DNA of 64,000 nucleotides, taken from Bdellovibrionales bacterium. Its GTDB lineage: Bacteria; Bdellovibrionota; Bdellovibrionia; Bdellovibrionales; JAUICD01. The notes below the pieces were generated by a model. The model had not been told where the DNA came from, searched no databases, and was given only the letters and a program-made list of their open reading frames with translations. A program made the translations under genes and the position numbers. Positions 19,416 through 30,129 of the stretch are shown here, one piece after another; position 1 is the first letter of the stretch; every line of letters begins with the position of its first letter. The DNA lies in assembly GCA_965203275.1 (NCBI GenBank), contig OZ241865.1:1952001-2016000 (forward strand), given 5' to 3'.

Positions 19416-22331
19416 TCAACGGGAGAGAGCTTCTGGACAAGAGGCATGAAACTTCTCTAAATAAGGGTTTAAGTTAAAGTTAAAATGACTATTGATTTTT
19501 TGTTGTGTTGGCATAGTTGGCTTATTAGAATTAAGGATTTCTTGCCGTAGCGTACTGTCCGCCAGATCGTCAATATAGCTACTAAGAGCTAATAAATTTT
19601 TCTTTTCTATTTCTCCTCTTTCATTATGAAACTCTTTATTGAAAAAAGTGTTTATTTCATTCATCAGTTCTTGTAAAAGCACCTCAGAATTTATTGTGAT
19701 ATTTTGAGAAGTTTGTTGCTGTAAATTCTCTGTCTTCCCTGTTATAATGTCCAATGCTGTTTTCAAATGTGGAAATTCTGAGGTCACATTTTCTTCTAAA
19801 ACTATGAGCAAATTTTTACTTTCAATATTATTATTTCTTTTCCAAATTTCTGAATAAAGAGTTGTATGGTTTTGTTCTTTTCTATATGCTTTAGGAGCTT
19901 TGGAAGCATAATATATTTTAAGTGTTTCAAAAAGTGCTTGCACTACCTTTGTGAGGTTATTAAAAGATGTTCTAGCTTGGTTTCTGAAAGCTTTTGTTAT
20001 TAATTCAGTTTTTCTGGAATAATATTGCCTGTTTAATAGCTTTTCTGATTGTCTTAATAGCCTTTTTTCTGTATGAAATTTTTCATTTGTATCATAAGCA
20101 CTATATGTAAGTTCCGTTTCAGCCCAAATTTGTGTATCTGGTAGGCGAACGAGCTGATGACTTATTTGATCAAATAATGATTCTAATTGGACGATCCATG
20201 CTTGAAAAAAGCTGGCTTGTGATTCATGGCTTGTGTCAACTTCTGATGGATGATCTACAGAGGCAATAATTTTTTCTTCTAATTGTAGCATAAGTTTATT
20301 TATTTCTTTTCTGATATCGTAGAGACTGGCTTCTTGTTTGACTCGAAAGTTTCTTTGTGCATGTTGAAGCCATTTTTGAAAATGCCTAGCTTCTTTTGTT
20401 GATGCATTGTTTATGACATTATTAGAGTGATGAGAATTAAACAAAGCCATACTTTCAAGTTGCTGTTTATTTTCTGGTTGAAGATGATTTTTATGCCACC
20501 ATAAAAAGCCTCTACTATAAAACTGTTCAACAGATAATAACTTCCTTCCTGTCCAATTATGAAGAATAGTATCAAAGTAATACCAAACTTGTTTATCAGT
20601 GAGAAGATTTTCTTGTTGGAATTTAAATACTTTTTTTAAAAGCATAAACTTACCAAGTAAAAGTGAAAAGTACATGGAAAGCAAACCATAATTAATACCA
20701 AGGGTATTCAGGTCAACACCAACATCAAGGAAAGCATCAGCTACAGTAACAGGTAGCATTCCTAAACCGGCTAAATGAAAGAGACGAGTTAAATCATAAA
20801 AAAAATAATACTTGAAAAGATGGTCAAAATTTTGACCACTCCATTTAAAAGGTCCCACAGATAGTTCTTTTTGATTAGTACCTGCATGTGCGTTAGCAAT
20901 AGCCTGTTCTGTCCATGCTATCCTTGAAGCGTTATTTAAGAGAATATTAGGAATAGCTATAATCTGCATCCAAAGAAAATACCAAAGTGTGGGTTCAGGT
21001 GCTAATACCCAAAGCATAGCCCATGCTGTCAAAACATTGGATACAGAGACGCGAGCTTCTTTTGAACGCAAGCTCTCTTTCCAATCAATATCGTTAATTA
21101 TTCCTTCTAAATCTATATATCCTTTGGCAGTTGCTTTTTTTTGAATGAAACCAATAGGTCCATTATTAAGCCAATAGCGATAACTAGAAGGGAAAAAGCA
21201 AGTTGCAGTGACACAAGCTGTGACCCCCATAGCAGCTAGTACATTCACATCTTGCCCTGTAAAAATTTCTCTTAAGAGGGCAACTGCACCTCCTATTCCA
21301 GCTTGCCATAGCATTTTAGATGCACCAAAGCTAATATCATCCATAGTGATAGGATTTCTAAGAGCATTCCAATAATTTCTGCGATGTAATCTCCCATGTT
21401 CTTTTTGAGTTTCTTTTAATAATGCAGGATTCTGTTGATACATAGGAAGAATTTGTTGATTTGTGATGAGGGGCTTTTTTTCAATGCGAGGAATGACGAC
21501 TTTTTTGGTAATATTTTGTGAATCATCAAGCCATAAAAAAACAATATCCCGACCTCTTTCTTTCCTTTGATCAAATGTACTTGTATGGTCTAGACGGTGT
21601 CTACCTGCTGAATAGTGTTGTCGTCCTATAAGTCTTAAAAAGTGATCAGAATTTGATTCTATGGATTCATGCAAAATATAAAATGCTGTTCCTGTGAATT
21701 GATGAGCAACTCTTACTAAAAAACGTCCATCTACTTGTGAAATTTCTGCAACTCCTATACCTTCTATTTCAATAGATGGAATATTGCGTTTTTTAAGCTC
21801 TTCTATGAGAAAATTTGAAGTATTTGATCCTTCTCGATTCTTGATTGTTTCAATTTCTTGGATTAGCTCATTATGAAGAAAATAAATTTCTCCATGCATC
21901 CGCTGAGGATCTAATAAATATTCAATAGTGTTACCTAACTTTGTTTTAGGAATATAATCTTGACCTGCAATAGGCAAATGATTGGGATATGAATAAATTC
22001 CAGGAGCTAAAAAAAAAGACCCTGGAGCAATAAGCAATGGGGCATTTTCATTGTATTTTTCTAAAATTTGTAATCGTTCTAAGGAGGTTTGAGCATTTGT
22101 AGCTATTTCTTCTGATATGTTTTTGCGATGAGTAAAAGAATGCTGAGATGTTTCTTTTTTAGTTGATAAATAAGGATGATTAAATATAGTGTTTTGCTGA
22201 GAAAATACAGTTGCACTTTGAAGAGAAAGCAAGAAAGCCAAACAATAAGCTAAAACCCGTCTTCTATAAGAAGTAGTCACCCATTGACTGTATAATTTGC
22301 CCTTTACTGCCTTCTTCATAAATAAATCCAA
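19416..22331 (-). CDS. Large hypothetical exported/membrane protein
   Basis: 971-aa ORF, signal-like N-terminus, several central hydrophobic segments, helical C-terminus; no family recognised. Confidence 0.7.
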   Translation of the reverse strand: MDLFMKKAVKGKLYSQWVTTSYRRRVLAYCLAFLLSLQSATVFSQQNTIFNHPYLSTKKETSQHSFTHRKNISEEIATNAQTSLERLQILEKYNENAPLLIAPGSFFLAPGIYSYPNHLPIAGQDYIPKTKLGNTIEYLLDPQRMHGEIYFLHNELIQEIETIKNREGSNTSNFLIEELKKRNIPSIEIEGIGVAEISQVDGRFLVRVAHQFTGTAFYILHESIESNSDHFLRLIGRQHYSAGRHRLDHTSTFDQRKERGRDIVFLWLDDSQNITKKVVIPRIEKKPLITNQQILPMYQQNPALLKETQKEHGRLHRRNYWNALRNPITMDDISFGASKMLWQAGIGGAVALLREIFTGQDVNVLAAMGVTACVTATCFFPSSYRYWLNNGPIGFIQKKATAKGYIDLEGIINDIDWKESLRSKEARVSVSNVLTAWAMLWVLAPEPTLWYFLWMQIIAIPNILLNNASRIAWTEQAIANAHAGTNQKELSVGPFKWSGQNFDHLFKYYFFYDLTRLFHLAGLGMLPVTVADAFLDVGVDLNTLGINYGLLSMYFSLLLGKFMLLKKVFKFQQENLLTDKQVWYYFDTILHNWTGRKLLSVEQFYSRGFLWWHKNHLQPENKQQLESMALFNSHHSNNVINNASTKEARHFQKWLQHAQRNFRVKQEASLYDIRKEINKLMLQLEEKIIASVDHPSEVDTSHESQASFFQAWIVQLESLFDQISHQLVRLPDTQIWAETELTYSAYDTNEKFHTEKRLLRQSEKLLNRQYYSRKTELITKAFRNQARTSFNNLTKVVQALFETLKIYYASKAPKAYRKEQNHTTLYSEIWKRNNNIESKNLLIVLEENVTSEFPHLKTALDIITGKTENLQQQTSQNITINSEVLLQELMNEINTFFNKEFHNERGEIEKKNLLALSSYIDDLADSTLRQEILNSNKPTMPTQQKINSHFNFNLNPYLEKFHASCPEALSR

Positions 22332-22819
22332 ATCAAATGAAAAAAAATATTTCTACATTGGTCTTCAACCCCTCGATAGATGTTCTTTTTAGTTGTTCTT
22401 ATTTCTTGGTTTTTAGTTAGATGACTTCTTAAGCTTTTTTTAAGCTTTTGTTCTAACTTAATTTTTTATTTAGTTACCTTGCTATAACATGAATAGATGG
22501 AATAAAAAAGAAATTTTTATTTAAAAAAGATTTATTTTTTGAGATATTTCTAAAAGCACTTTAAATAAAGTTATTGAGGATAGTCACTATTTAATTTTTT
22601 ATTTTAAGTAAAATAAATAGTGCGGTGCATTATATCTTGACTTTTTAGTTTTTCTTCCCAATGGAAATTTATTTCACTCAAGATGTTCTTTTGTTTTATT
22701 TAGTAGCATTTTTGTGATCATTAACATATTTAGACTGCCAGTGCAAAAACACAGATCAGTGAAAAATGGTATGGGAATTCAATTAAATGAAATTATCGTA
22801 TAAGGTTGTATAAGTAAGA

Positions 22820-23179
22820 TTAACTGGAACGGTTACTTTGTAATTCAAATAGCTTGTCGAGCCGTTGATTAATTTGATCAAACTTCATATCAAGCCTATC
22901 AATATCTTTGTCAAGTTTATCAATATCTTTTTTAAGATCTGTCCTAAGTTCTTTAATATCTGTCTTAAGTTCCCTGATCTGTGTAGGTATATGATTATAT
23001 ACTTGTTCTTTAATATCGTCTACTTGTCTTTGAATTGGAGCAATTAAAAACTGCAAAATAATAATAAGGCTGGCTATAGTACCTAAGAAAACACCTAAGA
23101 TAGTTAAGGTAGCTGAGCTGTACTTTCTTAAAAGGTTGTTATTTTGGGAAATTTCATCACTTTGTGGAGATTCATCCAT
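22820..23179 (-). CDS. Small single-TM coiled-coil protein
   Basis: TM segment LTILGVFLGTIASLIIIL, then heptads (ELKTDIKELRTDLKKDIDKLDKDIDRLD); RBS GAGGT. Confidence 0.7.
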   Translation of the reverse strand: MDESPQSDEISQNNNLLRKYSSATLTILGVFLGTIASLIIILQFLIAPIQRQVDDIKEQVYNHIPTQIRELKTDIKELRTDLKKDIDKLDKDIDRLDMKFDQINQRLDKLFELQSNRSS

Positions 23180-23381
23180 ATTTTAATACCTCTATTTTAT
23201 ATCATTATACCATTAATCAGCTTTTTGTCAAAAAGTAAGGGGTTGGTCACTCAGAGTGGCTTGAAACTGGATTTTTCTCCACTCTGAGACTAATTCACCC
23301 TTGAGTTATTAAAAAGTTAATGTCTCTTTATTGCCAAAGATCCTCTACCAAAACCTTCACCATCTACTATTGCTATCAAAT

Positions 23382-24425
23382 TTAGTATCGCCGTAGGTAG
23401 ATCCAATCATTATTAGAGATCTTAACAGTGTTACGACGCCCTTCCCTGCCATGGATCTGAGCACCACCAGAAAGCCTAGCATCACCATAGACCGAAACAT
23501 TGTTAGAAATCCTAACATTGTCAGAGATCCAAGCATTTTCATAGACCTTAACAACGTTATCGACCCCATCATCGCCATGGATATGAGCATCACCAGAGAC
23601 TCTAGCATCACCAGAGACCCAAACATTGCCAGAAAGCTCAGCATTGCCAAAGACCCAACCATTTTCAAAGACTCTAGCACCGTCATGGACTTTAGCATAG
23701 CCAGAGACTCTAGCATTGCCAGAGATCCAATTAATGTCATATTGGCCATAGATATGAGCATTTTCATAGACCTGAGCATAGCCAGAGATTCTAGTAGTAC
23801 TATTACCAGAGATTCTAGCATTGTCATAGACCTTAGCAGAGCCAATGATCCAAATATGGCCAATGACCTCAGCCTCGCCAAAGACCTCAGCATCACCCAT
23901 GACTCTAACAGCATCAGAGAGGAAAGCACGGTTATAGACCCTGGCATGAGCGGCGATCACAGCATAGCCAGAGACCTGAGCATAGTTATAAATTGTAGCA
24001 TAGACAGAGATTCTAGCATTGCCAGAGACCTTAGCATGGTCATAAACCTGGGCATGGTCATAGACCTGAGCATGGTCATAGACCTGAGCATGGTCATAGA
24101 CCTGAGCATTGCCAGAGACCTTAGCATGGCCAGAGACCTTAGCATTGTTATAGACTTGAGCATGGTCAGAGACCTTAGCATGGTCAGAGACTTGAGCATT
24201 GTCATAGACCTGAGCATAATCGCAAACTGTAGCATTCGGCCCTACATAAGCTGTATCGGCTACATAAGCTGTATTTGCTACAAAGCCACCACCATTAACA
24301 TGATGGTAACGGCCTTCAACGCCTTCACCACAAGGTGCGTCTGCTAAAGCAAATACACTTAACGACATACTTAATGCCATGATCATCACATTTACATTTA
24401 TTACATTTACATTTATAAAATTCAT
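23382..24425 (-). CDS. Secreted hexapeptide-repeat (left-handed beta-helix-like) protein, paralog 1
   Basis: Signal peptide ...SLSVFALA, then many A(Q/K/R)V(Y/S)(D/G)(N/H) hexads; RBS AGGAGG. Confidence 0.85.
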   Translation of the reverse strand: MNFINVNVINVNVMIMALSMSLSVFALADAPCGEGVEGRYHHVNGGGFVANTAYVADTAYVGPNATVCDYAQVYDNAQVSDHAKVSDHAQVYNNAKVSGHAKVSGNAQVYDHAQVYDHAQVYDHAQVYDHAKVSGNARISVYATIYNYAQVSGYAVIAAHARVYNRAFLSDAVRVMGDAEVFGEAEVIGHIWIIGSAKVYDNARISGNSTTRISGYAQVYENAHIYGQYDINWISGNARVSGYAKVHDGARVFENGWVFGNAELSGNVWVSGDARVSGDAHIHGDDGVDNVVKVYENAWISDNVRISNNVSVYGDARLSGGAQIHGREGRRNTVKISNNDWIYLRRY

Positions 24426-24961
24426 AAGTTTTCCTCCTTATAATTTATTCATAATTGTTTTCGTACATAATTAGTGTATTGCTTTTACACCTATTAATAT
24501 TTCTTGTCAATATATTTTTAAATATTTTTTAAAGAAAAATCTATTTATACCATAAGACTACTATAAAATTAGGGTTTTCTGCCTGTTATTTTGATAATAT
24601 AATTACTGTGAAGATGTCGTCGGTATGTCGTCGCCCTTTTTAAGGGGTAAAAGCTTAAGGCTCAAGATTGTAACTGTTTAGAATTACTTAATTATTTAAC
24701 TGGATGTCGTCGGTATGTCGTCGGATTATAAAATCACTAAAACTCCAATTAAAAAAAGCTATTGTCTCGTATAAAAGCAAGTCGTTTACATGAGATCGAC
24801 TGTTTCTATTTTGAGTTAAAATTCTAATTAATAATTTTATTGTTTGTTTAAAATGGCTTGTATTTGAAAATCACATCTGCTATGAGATTTGAGGTAAATA
24901 ATGATCATTTTAAAGTTCATAACAATTAGGGTTTATAACAAATGGTTATAGAGGCAATTTT

Positions 24962-25528
24962 ATGAAAATAGTTATCGCTGGAGGAAGTGGTCACCTTGGT
25001 AATATACTCTTTGAGTATTTTCAAACTAAGAAACATGACGTATTAGTATTGACTAGATCCAAAGACGTATCCCTGCCATATATAACTTGGGATGGCAAAA
25101 CTTTGGGAAAATGGCAAGATGCAATTGATGGAAGCGATGTTATTATAAACCAAAAACTAAAACAGCGATCCATTGTGATCTATGATGACAGTTGTGCCTT
25201 TTGCAAAAAATCCCAACAACTTTTGCAAAAACTTGACTGGTTAAATAATTTTAATTGCAGACCGCTTCAAGACAATACACTTTATAAAGAGTTTTTATTT
25301 CTTTGTCCTGAAAAATGCCGTGAGGAGATGAAACTTATTTCTAAAAATCAACAAGTCTATAGTGGAGGTGATGCAGTAATAAAGATTTGTTCTGGATTAC
25401 CACTGACAGCTACAATAGGGTGGATATGTCATTTGCCTCCATTAAGATGGCTTGTACATTGGATTTATCTCAAAATCGCAAAAAACAGACACAAAATAAG
25501 TCGTTTTTTACAAAAAAGTAAAATCTAA
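24962..25528 (+). CDS. Chimeric ORF: N-terminal fragment of a TIGR01777-like epimerase fused to a DUF393/DCC1-like thiol-disulfide oxidoreductase
   Basis: KIVIAGGSGHLG...WDGKTLG.W...IDG.DVIIN, then IYDDSCAFC...DW......PLQ...W.Y..IAKNRH. Confidence 0.7.
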   Translation: MKIVIAGGSGHLGNILFEYFQTKKHDVLVLTRSKDVSLPYITWDGKTLGKWQDAIDGSDVIINQKLKQRSIVIYDDSCAFCKKSQQLLQKLDWLNNFNCRPLQDNTLYKEFLFLCPEKCREEMKLISKNQQVYSGGDAVIKICSGLPLTATIGWICHLPPLRWLVHWIYLKIAKNRHKISRFLQKSKI

Positions 25529-25766
25529 TTGTTGATAAACTAAATATAAAACTTGTAAAAATTTGCTTAAATTTTAAATCATAAAAATAAATATTCCCTT
25601 TCAATATATTTTTTAAGTTTAAAATCCAGTCCTAGCATCACCAAAGAAGACTTTAGCAATGCCAGAGATTAGCATGTATCGGATCAGTTTTCGCCATAGC
25701 GATAGACAGTGACCTATAAGTTTCTGCCACGGACAACTTCATGACGAAAGACTATGCCATTAAAAA

Positions 25767-26600
25767 TCAAAAAGCAACACCTGTCGGGACAAAATCCTTG
25801 TGAGAGACTATGTCATTATGGACCCGAGTATTGCCAGAGACCATAGCATGGTCAGAGACCATAGCGTGGCCAGAGACCTGAGCATGGTCAAAAACCCAAG
25901 CATTGCTAAAAACTCTAGCCTCGTCATAGACTTGAGCATGGTCATTAATTAGAGCCTCGCCATAGACTCTAGCATAATCCAAGACATGAGCACTGTCAGA
26001 AACTCTAGCATTGTCAGTAACCCGAGCATCACCAGAGACTTGAGCATTGCCAGAGACTATAGCATCACCAGAGACACGAGCAAAGCCATAGACTATAGCA
26101 TCGTCAGTAACCCGAGCATTGTTAGAAACCCTAGCATTGAAAACGACTCTAGCATTGCCAGAGATCCAAGCATTGCCATAGACCATAGCATCACCAGAAA
26201 CTTGAGCATTGCCAGAGACCCGAGCATGACCAAAGACACCACCAGAGACTTGAGCATTGCCAGAGATTTTAGCATTTTCATGGACTTTAGCAAAGCCAGA
26301 GACTACAGCATTGTAAGAGACTCTAGCATTGCCTGCGACTACAGCAAGGCCAGAGACTCTAGCATTGACAGAAACCCTAGCATTGTTTAAGACCTCAGCA
26401 CGACCACAAACAGCAGCATACGGCCCTACATAAGCTGAATCGGCTACATGAGCTGTATTTGCTACAAATCCACCACCATTAGCGTGGTAACGGCCTTCAA
26501 CGCCTTCACCACAAGGTGTGTCTGCTAAAGCAAATACACTTAACGACATACTTAATGCCATAATCATCACATTTACATTTATTACATTTATAAAATTCAT
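25767..26600 (-). CDS. Secreted hexapeptide-repeat protein, paralog 2
   Basis: N-terminus nearly identical to paralog 1; ARVSGN-type hexads. Confidence 0.85.
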   Translation of the reverse strand: MNFINVINVNVMIMALSMSLSVFALADTPCGEGVEGRYHANGGGFVANTAHVADSAYVGPYAAVCGRAEVLNNARVSVNARVSGLAVVAGNARVSYNAVVSGFAKVHENAKISGNAQVSGGVFGHARVSGNAQVSGDAMVYGNAWISGNARVVFNARVSNNARVTDDAIVYGFARVSGDAIVSGNAQVSGDARVTDNARVSDSAHVLDYARVYGEALINDHAQVYDEARVFSNAWVFDHAQVSGHAMVSDHAMVSGNTRVHNDIVSHKDFVPTGVAF

Positions 26601-27033
26601 AAACTTTTCTCCTTGATACTTTATTTATAATTGTTTGTTTCGTACATAATTAATGTATTGGTTTTACACCCTTTAATACTTTCTGTCAATATATATATTT
26701 ATATTTTTGATATTTTTTAAAGAAAAATCTACTGATACCTAATAAATCACTTCTTAGGATACTGAGTAAAAAGCCCAGAAAGGCAGTAAGAAATTTTTAC
26801 AATGTAAATTTTTCAAGAATAAACTTTTATTGAAATAATTTAAAAGGTGTATTTACTCTGCCAGGGTTTTATGTTATACCTAAGTTTACGTTGTAAAAAG
26901 GCGTGTTTTAAATTTGAAATAAATAAACACATCTTAACAAAAAGAGCAACAAGGGCAACCACCTGAGGCAAGGAAGTATAGAAGAAAATATAAAATAAAA
27001 TCTTAACACGCCATAAGGAGTAAAATATTAATA

Positions 27034-27522
27034 ATGAATAAAGATAAAGCTGATATTCCTACTGATAACTTAGATATGGGGACTCATTTAAAAGAACGTC
27101 TAAAGAAAAACGCTCAAACTCAAGAGTTAAACCAGAAGGCTTCTGCTCAAGCTCCCAAAGAGGCTTCTCAAGCACAGGTTCAAAAACCAGCAAAACCAGC
27201 AGAACCAGCAGAAGATGTTGCAAAAGTCCCTCTTGATGAAAGCCAAACCAAACAGCAAACACAAGAAGATCATTTAAAGCACTTAGAAGCTTCATTTTCT
27301 ACATTGATTTTATCTTTAAGTTCTGCTGCTTTGATGGCATTAGGCTTAGCTATGGACCCTTCAACCAAAGCACAACCTAAAAAAGACAAAATGATGGCTA
27401 AATTTAATATTGATATGTTGATCATGCTCAAAGAAAAAACAAAAGGGAATTTAACCCAAGATGAACAAAAAATCTTAGACGCTTTCATCTCTGATCTACA
27501 GCTTAAATATATAGAAAATTAA
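27034..27522 (+). CDS. DUF1844-domain protein
   Basis: FSTLILSLSSAALMALG...MAKFNIDML.ML.EKTKGNLT.DE...L...ISDLQLKYI. Confidence 0.85.
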   Translation: MNKDKADIPTDNLDMGTHLKERLKKNAQTQELNQKASAQAPKEASQAQVQKPAKPAEPAEDVAKVPLDESQTKQQTQEDHLKHLEASFSTLILSLSSAALMALGLAMDPSTKAQPKKDKMMAKFNIDMLIMLKEKTKGNLTQDEQKILDAFISDLQLKYIEN

Positions 27523-27574
27523 CTTGACAATTAACTTGACTTTTATCAGACGATAGAGTATATAAGGTTAATAA

Positions 27575-29041
27575 ATGAATATATATAGGAGGTTTTTTAT
27601 GAAATACACAGTAACAAAATTTCTTTTGATAGGGGTAGTGTCTTTAATATCCACTCAGGCCCTTACACAAACAAAAAGCAGAAATTATCAAATGCAATTA
27701 GGCCCTCCTTTGCCTGCTAATCAGTTCATAGAGCTTGCTAAAAAAATTAATCCTACAGTGGTAAGTATTTCAACAACTATTCGACCAAAAGAAATTGATC
27801 CTTTTTTTCTTGAGTTTTTTGAAAGATTTTATGGTTTCCGTTACAAGAAGCAACCTAAAAAACAGCGATCTTCTCAACGTCATATTATAGGTACAGGTTT
27901 TATTATTGACAGCTCGGGTTTAATTGTGACGAATAGCCACGTGATCAAACAAGCTCAAACGGCAGAAATACAATTAATGGGTGATGATAAAAAATATTAC
28001 CCTACAGAAATTATAGGAAACGACCCTCGATTTGATATTGCCCTTATTAAAATCAAGGGCAAAGTGCCTAATAATCTACCTTATGTACAATTTGGAGACA
28101 GTGATCGGGTGCAAGTGGGTGAATGGGTTGCTGCGTTTGGTAATCCTTTTGGTCATAGTTTTAGTGTGAGTAAAGGGATTATTTCTGCTAAGCAAAGGCA
28201 TCTTAATGAACTCAGCCCTGTACCTTTCCTCCAAACAGATGCAAGTATTAATCCAGGTAATTCCGGAGGGCCTTTAGTGAATATGAAAGGAGAGGTGATT
28301 GGTGTGAATGCAGCTATTGATGCTAGAGCCCAAGGCATTGGATTTGCTATCCCTATCAATATTGTTAAACAGATTAAGCCTCAACTTCAAAAATTAGGTT
28401 ACGTCGTGCGAGGTTATTTAGGTGTAGGTATTGATAATATTAATTTCAAGGTGAGAGAGGTTCTAGGGCTTTCAGATCAAGAAGGGGCTTTGGTTTTACA
28501 AGTGGAAAAGGGCAGTCCTGCGGATAAGGCAGGCATTCAAAACTATGATATCATTAAATCTTTTAACAATAAAAAAATTGAAAATGCTACAGACTTAATC
28601 AATACAGTTAAAAGCTATGAAGTGGGTAAAATGGCTACTATCCAAATTATTCGACAGGGTAAGCTTCAAGCCTTGAAAGTAAAAATAGGCACAACAGAGC
28701 AATCACAGCAAAGGATACTTTCTAAAAAAACAGAACAAAAGAGAAAGCAAGGTTTTCAAGCACCACATCGGTTAGGATTTCAGCTTTCAAATTTTAATTC
28801 TGAATTAGCTCAAAAATATGGCTTAAATAATCCACCCTTTCAAAGGCCTATTGTGAATCATGTTGTGTCAAACAGTGCAGCTTGGCAAAGTGGCTTGCGA
28901 GAAGGAGATATGATTTTGGATGTCAACAGACAGCCTGTCACATCCACAGCAAGTTCTGTTTTTCAAAAGTTAAAAAGAGGTCAAAATGTTTTAAGAGTAT
29001 TAAATAAAAACAACATTAGTTTAGTTTTCTTAGACATCTAA
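27575..29041 (+). CDS. degP: Do/DegP-family (HtrA) serine protease with two PDZ domains
   Basis: GTGFII, TNSHV, DIALIK, QTDASINPGNSGGPL, two PDZ regions. Start probably 27599. Confidence 0.93.
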   Translation: MNIYRRFFMKYTVTKFLLIGVVSLISTQALTQTKSRNYQMQLGPPLPANQFIELAKKINPTVVSISTTIRPKEIDPFFLEFFERFYGFRYKKQPKKQRSSQRHIIGTGFIIDSSGLIVTNSHVIKQAQTAEIQLMGDDKKYYPTEIIGNDPRFDIALIKIKGKVPNNLPYVQFGDSDRVQVGEWVAAFGNPFGHSFSVSKGIISAKQRHLNELSPVPFLQTDASINPGNSGGPLVNMKGEVIGVNAAIDARAQGIGFAIPINIVKQIKPQLQKLGYVVRGYLGVGIDNINFKVREVLGLSDQEGALVLQVEKGSPADKAGIQNYDIIKSFNNKKIENATDLINTVKSYEVGKMATIQIIRQGKLQALKVKIGTTEQSQQRILSKKTEQKRKQGFQAPHRLGFQLSNFNSELAQKYGLNNPPFQRPIVNHVVSNSAAWQSGLREGDMILDVNRQPVTSTASSVFQKLKRGQNVLRVLNKNNISLVFLDI

Positions 29042-29238
29042 ATTTAGTTTACTTTTCTTAGACATTTAAACGCATTAAGACATTATATCTGGGATCTGGC
29101 AGTCGGGCATCCGGGATCTGTGATCCGGCAACCCGGCATCAGAAGGAAATCTTTTTCCTTATAAAAACCTATGGAAATATAGGGCTTTAGAAAAATCAAG
29201 TCGGGCTTTGGATTTACTTAAGGATAAATAGAATGGTT

Positions 29239-30003
29239 TTATTCTGTAGCTCCGGCCTCTTTTAATAGTCTTTCAATACCAGTATGGCCTCTATCTCTAG
29301 CAAACCATAGAGCTGTCTTGCCAAATTTGTTTTGATGATTGACATTAGCACCATTTTCTAGCAATAGCCTTACAATTTCAATATAATTACCCCCACTAGC
29401 AAAATAATGAAGATCACTAGCAAAAATTAAAGCCGTATTGCCTGTTAAGTTGCTTTGAAGATCGACGTTAGCTCTAAACTTTAGCAATAACCTTACAATT
29501 TCAACATCGCCTCTCATACTAGCTGTTATTAAAGCCGTCCAGCCATCATTGTTTTGAAGATTGACGTTAGCTCTAAACTTTAGCAATAACCTTACAATCT
29601 CTATATTATTATATCTGCTTGCATACCTTAAAGCCGTATTGCCATATTCGTCTTGATGATTGACGTTAGCACCAGCCTTTAGCAATTTCTTTATCAATCT
29701 AGTACGGCCGCCGTCACGAACAAGATTAAATAACCTATTATTTAGCTTCAATAATTCACTCTCACTTAAACCTTTTTGTTTTGAATTTGGCATAAGCAAT
29801 TCAGAACAAGTCCTCAATAGGTCCTTAGATAGAGAATCACTAGAAACAAGCAAAGCAATAAATAAGATAAAAATATATTTTTTCATTTGTACCTTCATTT
29901 GATTTTTTGATTTTATAACATCATATTTCTGAAAAGTCAAGTATGGATTATAAAAAACTAAAAGATGAGAAATTGCTAAAGTCAAACTAAAAAAGTCTAA
30001 CAA
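29239..30003 (-). CDS. Secreted ankyrin-repeat protein (true start probably ~29898, MKVQMKK)
   Basis: Same signal peptide and LLKEAGATE end as 5094-5690; 4-5 ankyrin repeats. Confidence 0.9.
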   Translation of the reverse strand: MLDFFSLTLAISHLLVFYNPYLTFQKYDVIKSKNQMKVQMKKYIFILFIALLVSSDSLSKDLLRTCSELLMPNSKQKGLSESELLKLNNRLFNLVRDGGRTRLIKKLLKAGANVNHQDEYGNTALRYASRYNNIEIVRLLLKFRANVNLQNNDGWTALITASMRGDVEIVRLLLKFRANVDLQSNLTGNTALIFASDLHYFASGGNYIEIVRLLLENGANVNHQNKFGKTALWFARDRGHTGIERLLKEAGATE

Positions 30004-30129
30004 TTACAAACACTTAATACTGTAACTTTTATACAAAAGTCACAGTATTAAGTTACTAGAATCACTGGATTTCCAATTTTCAAATACCTTTTTCCTACCT
30101 TTTAGAAAAATTCCCAAAAACAAACATCT

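Noticed and set aside
23357..26390. Long alternative-frame and antisense ORFs over the hexapeptide genes
   Set aside because: Open only because the 18-nt repeat lacks stops in those frames; no RBS or signal peptide.
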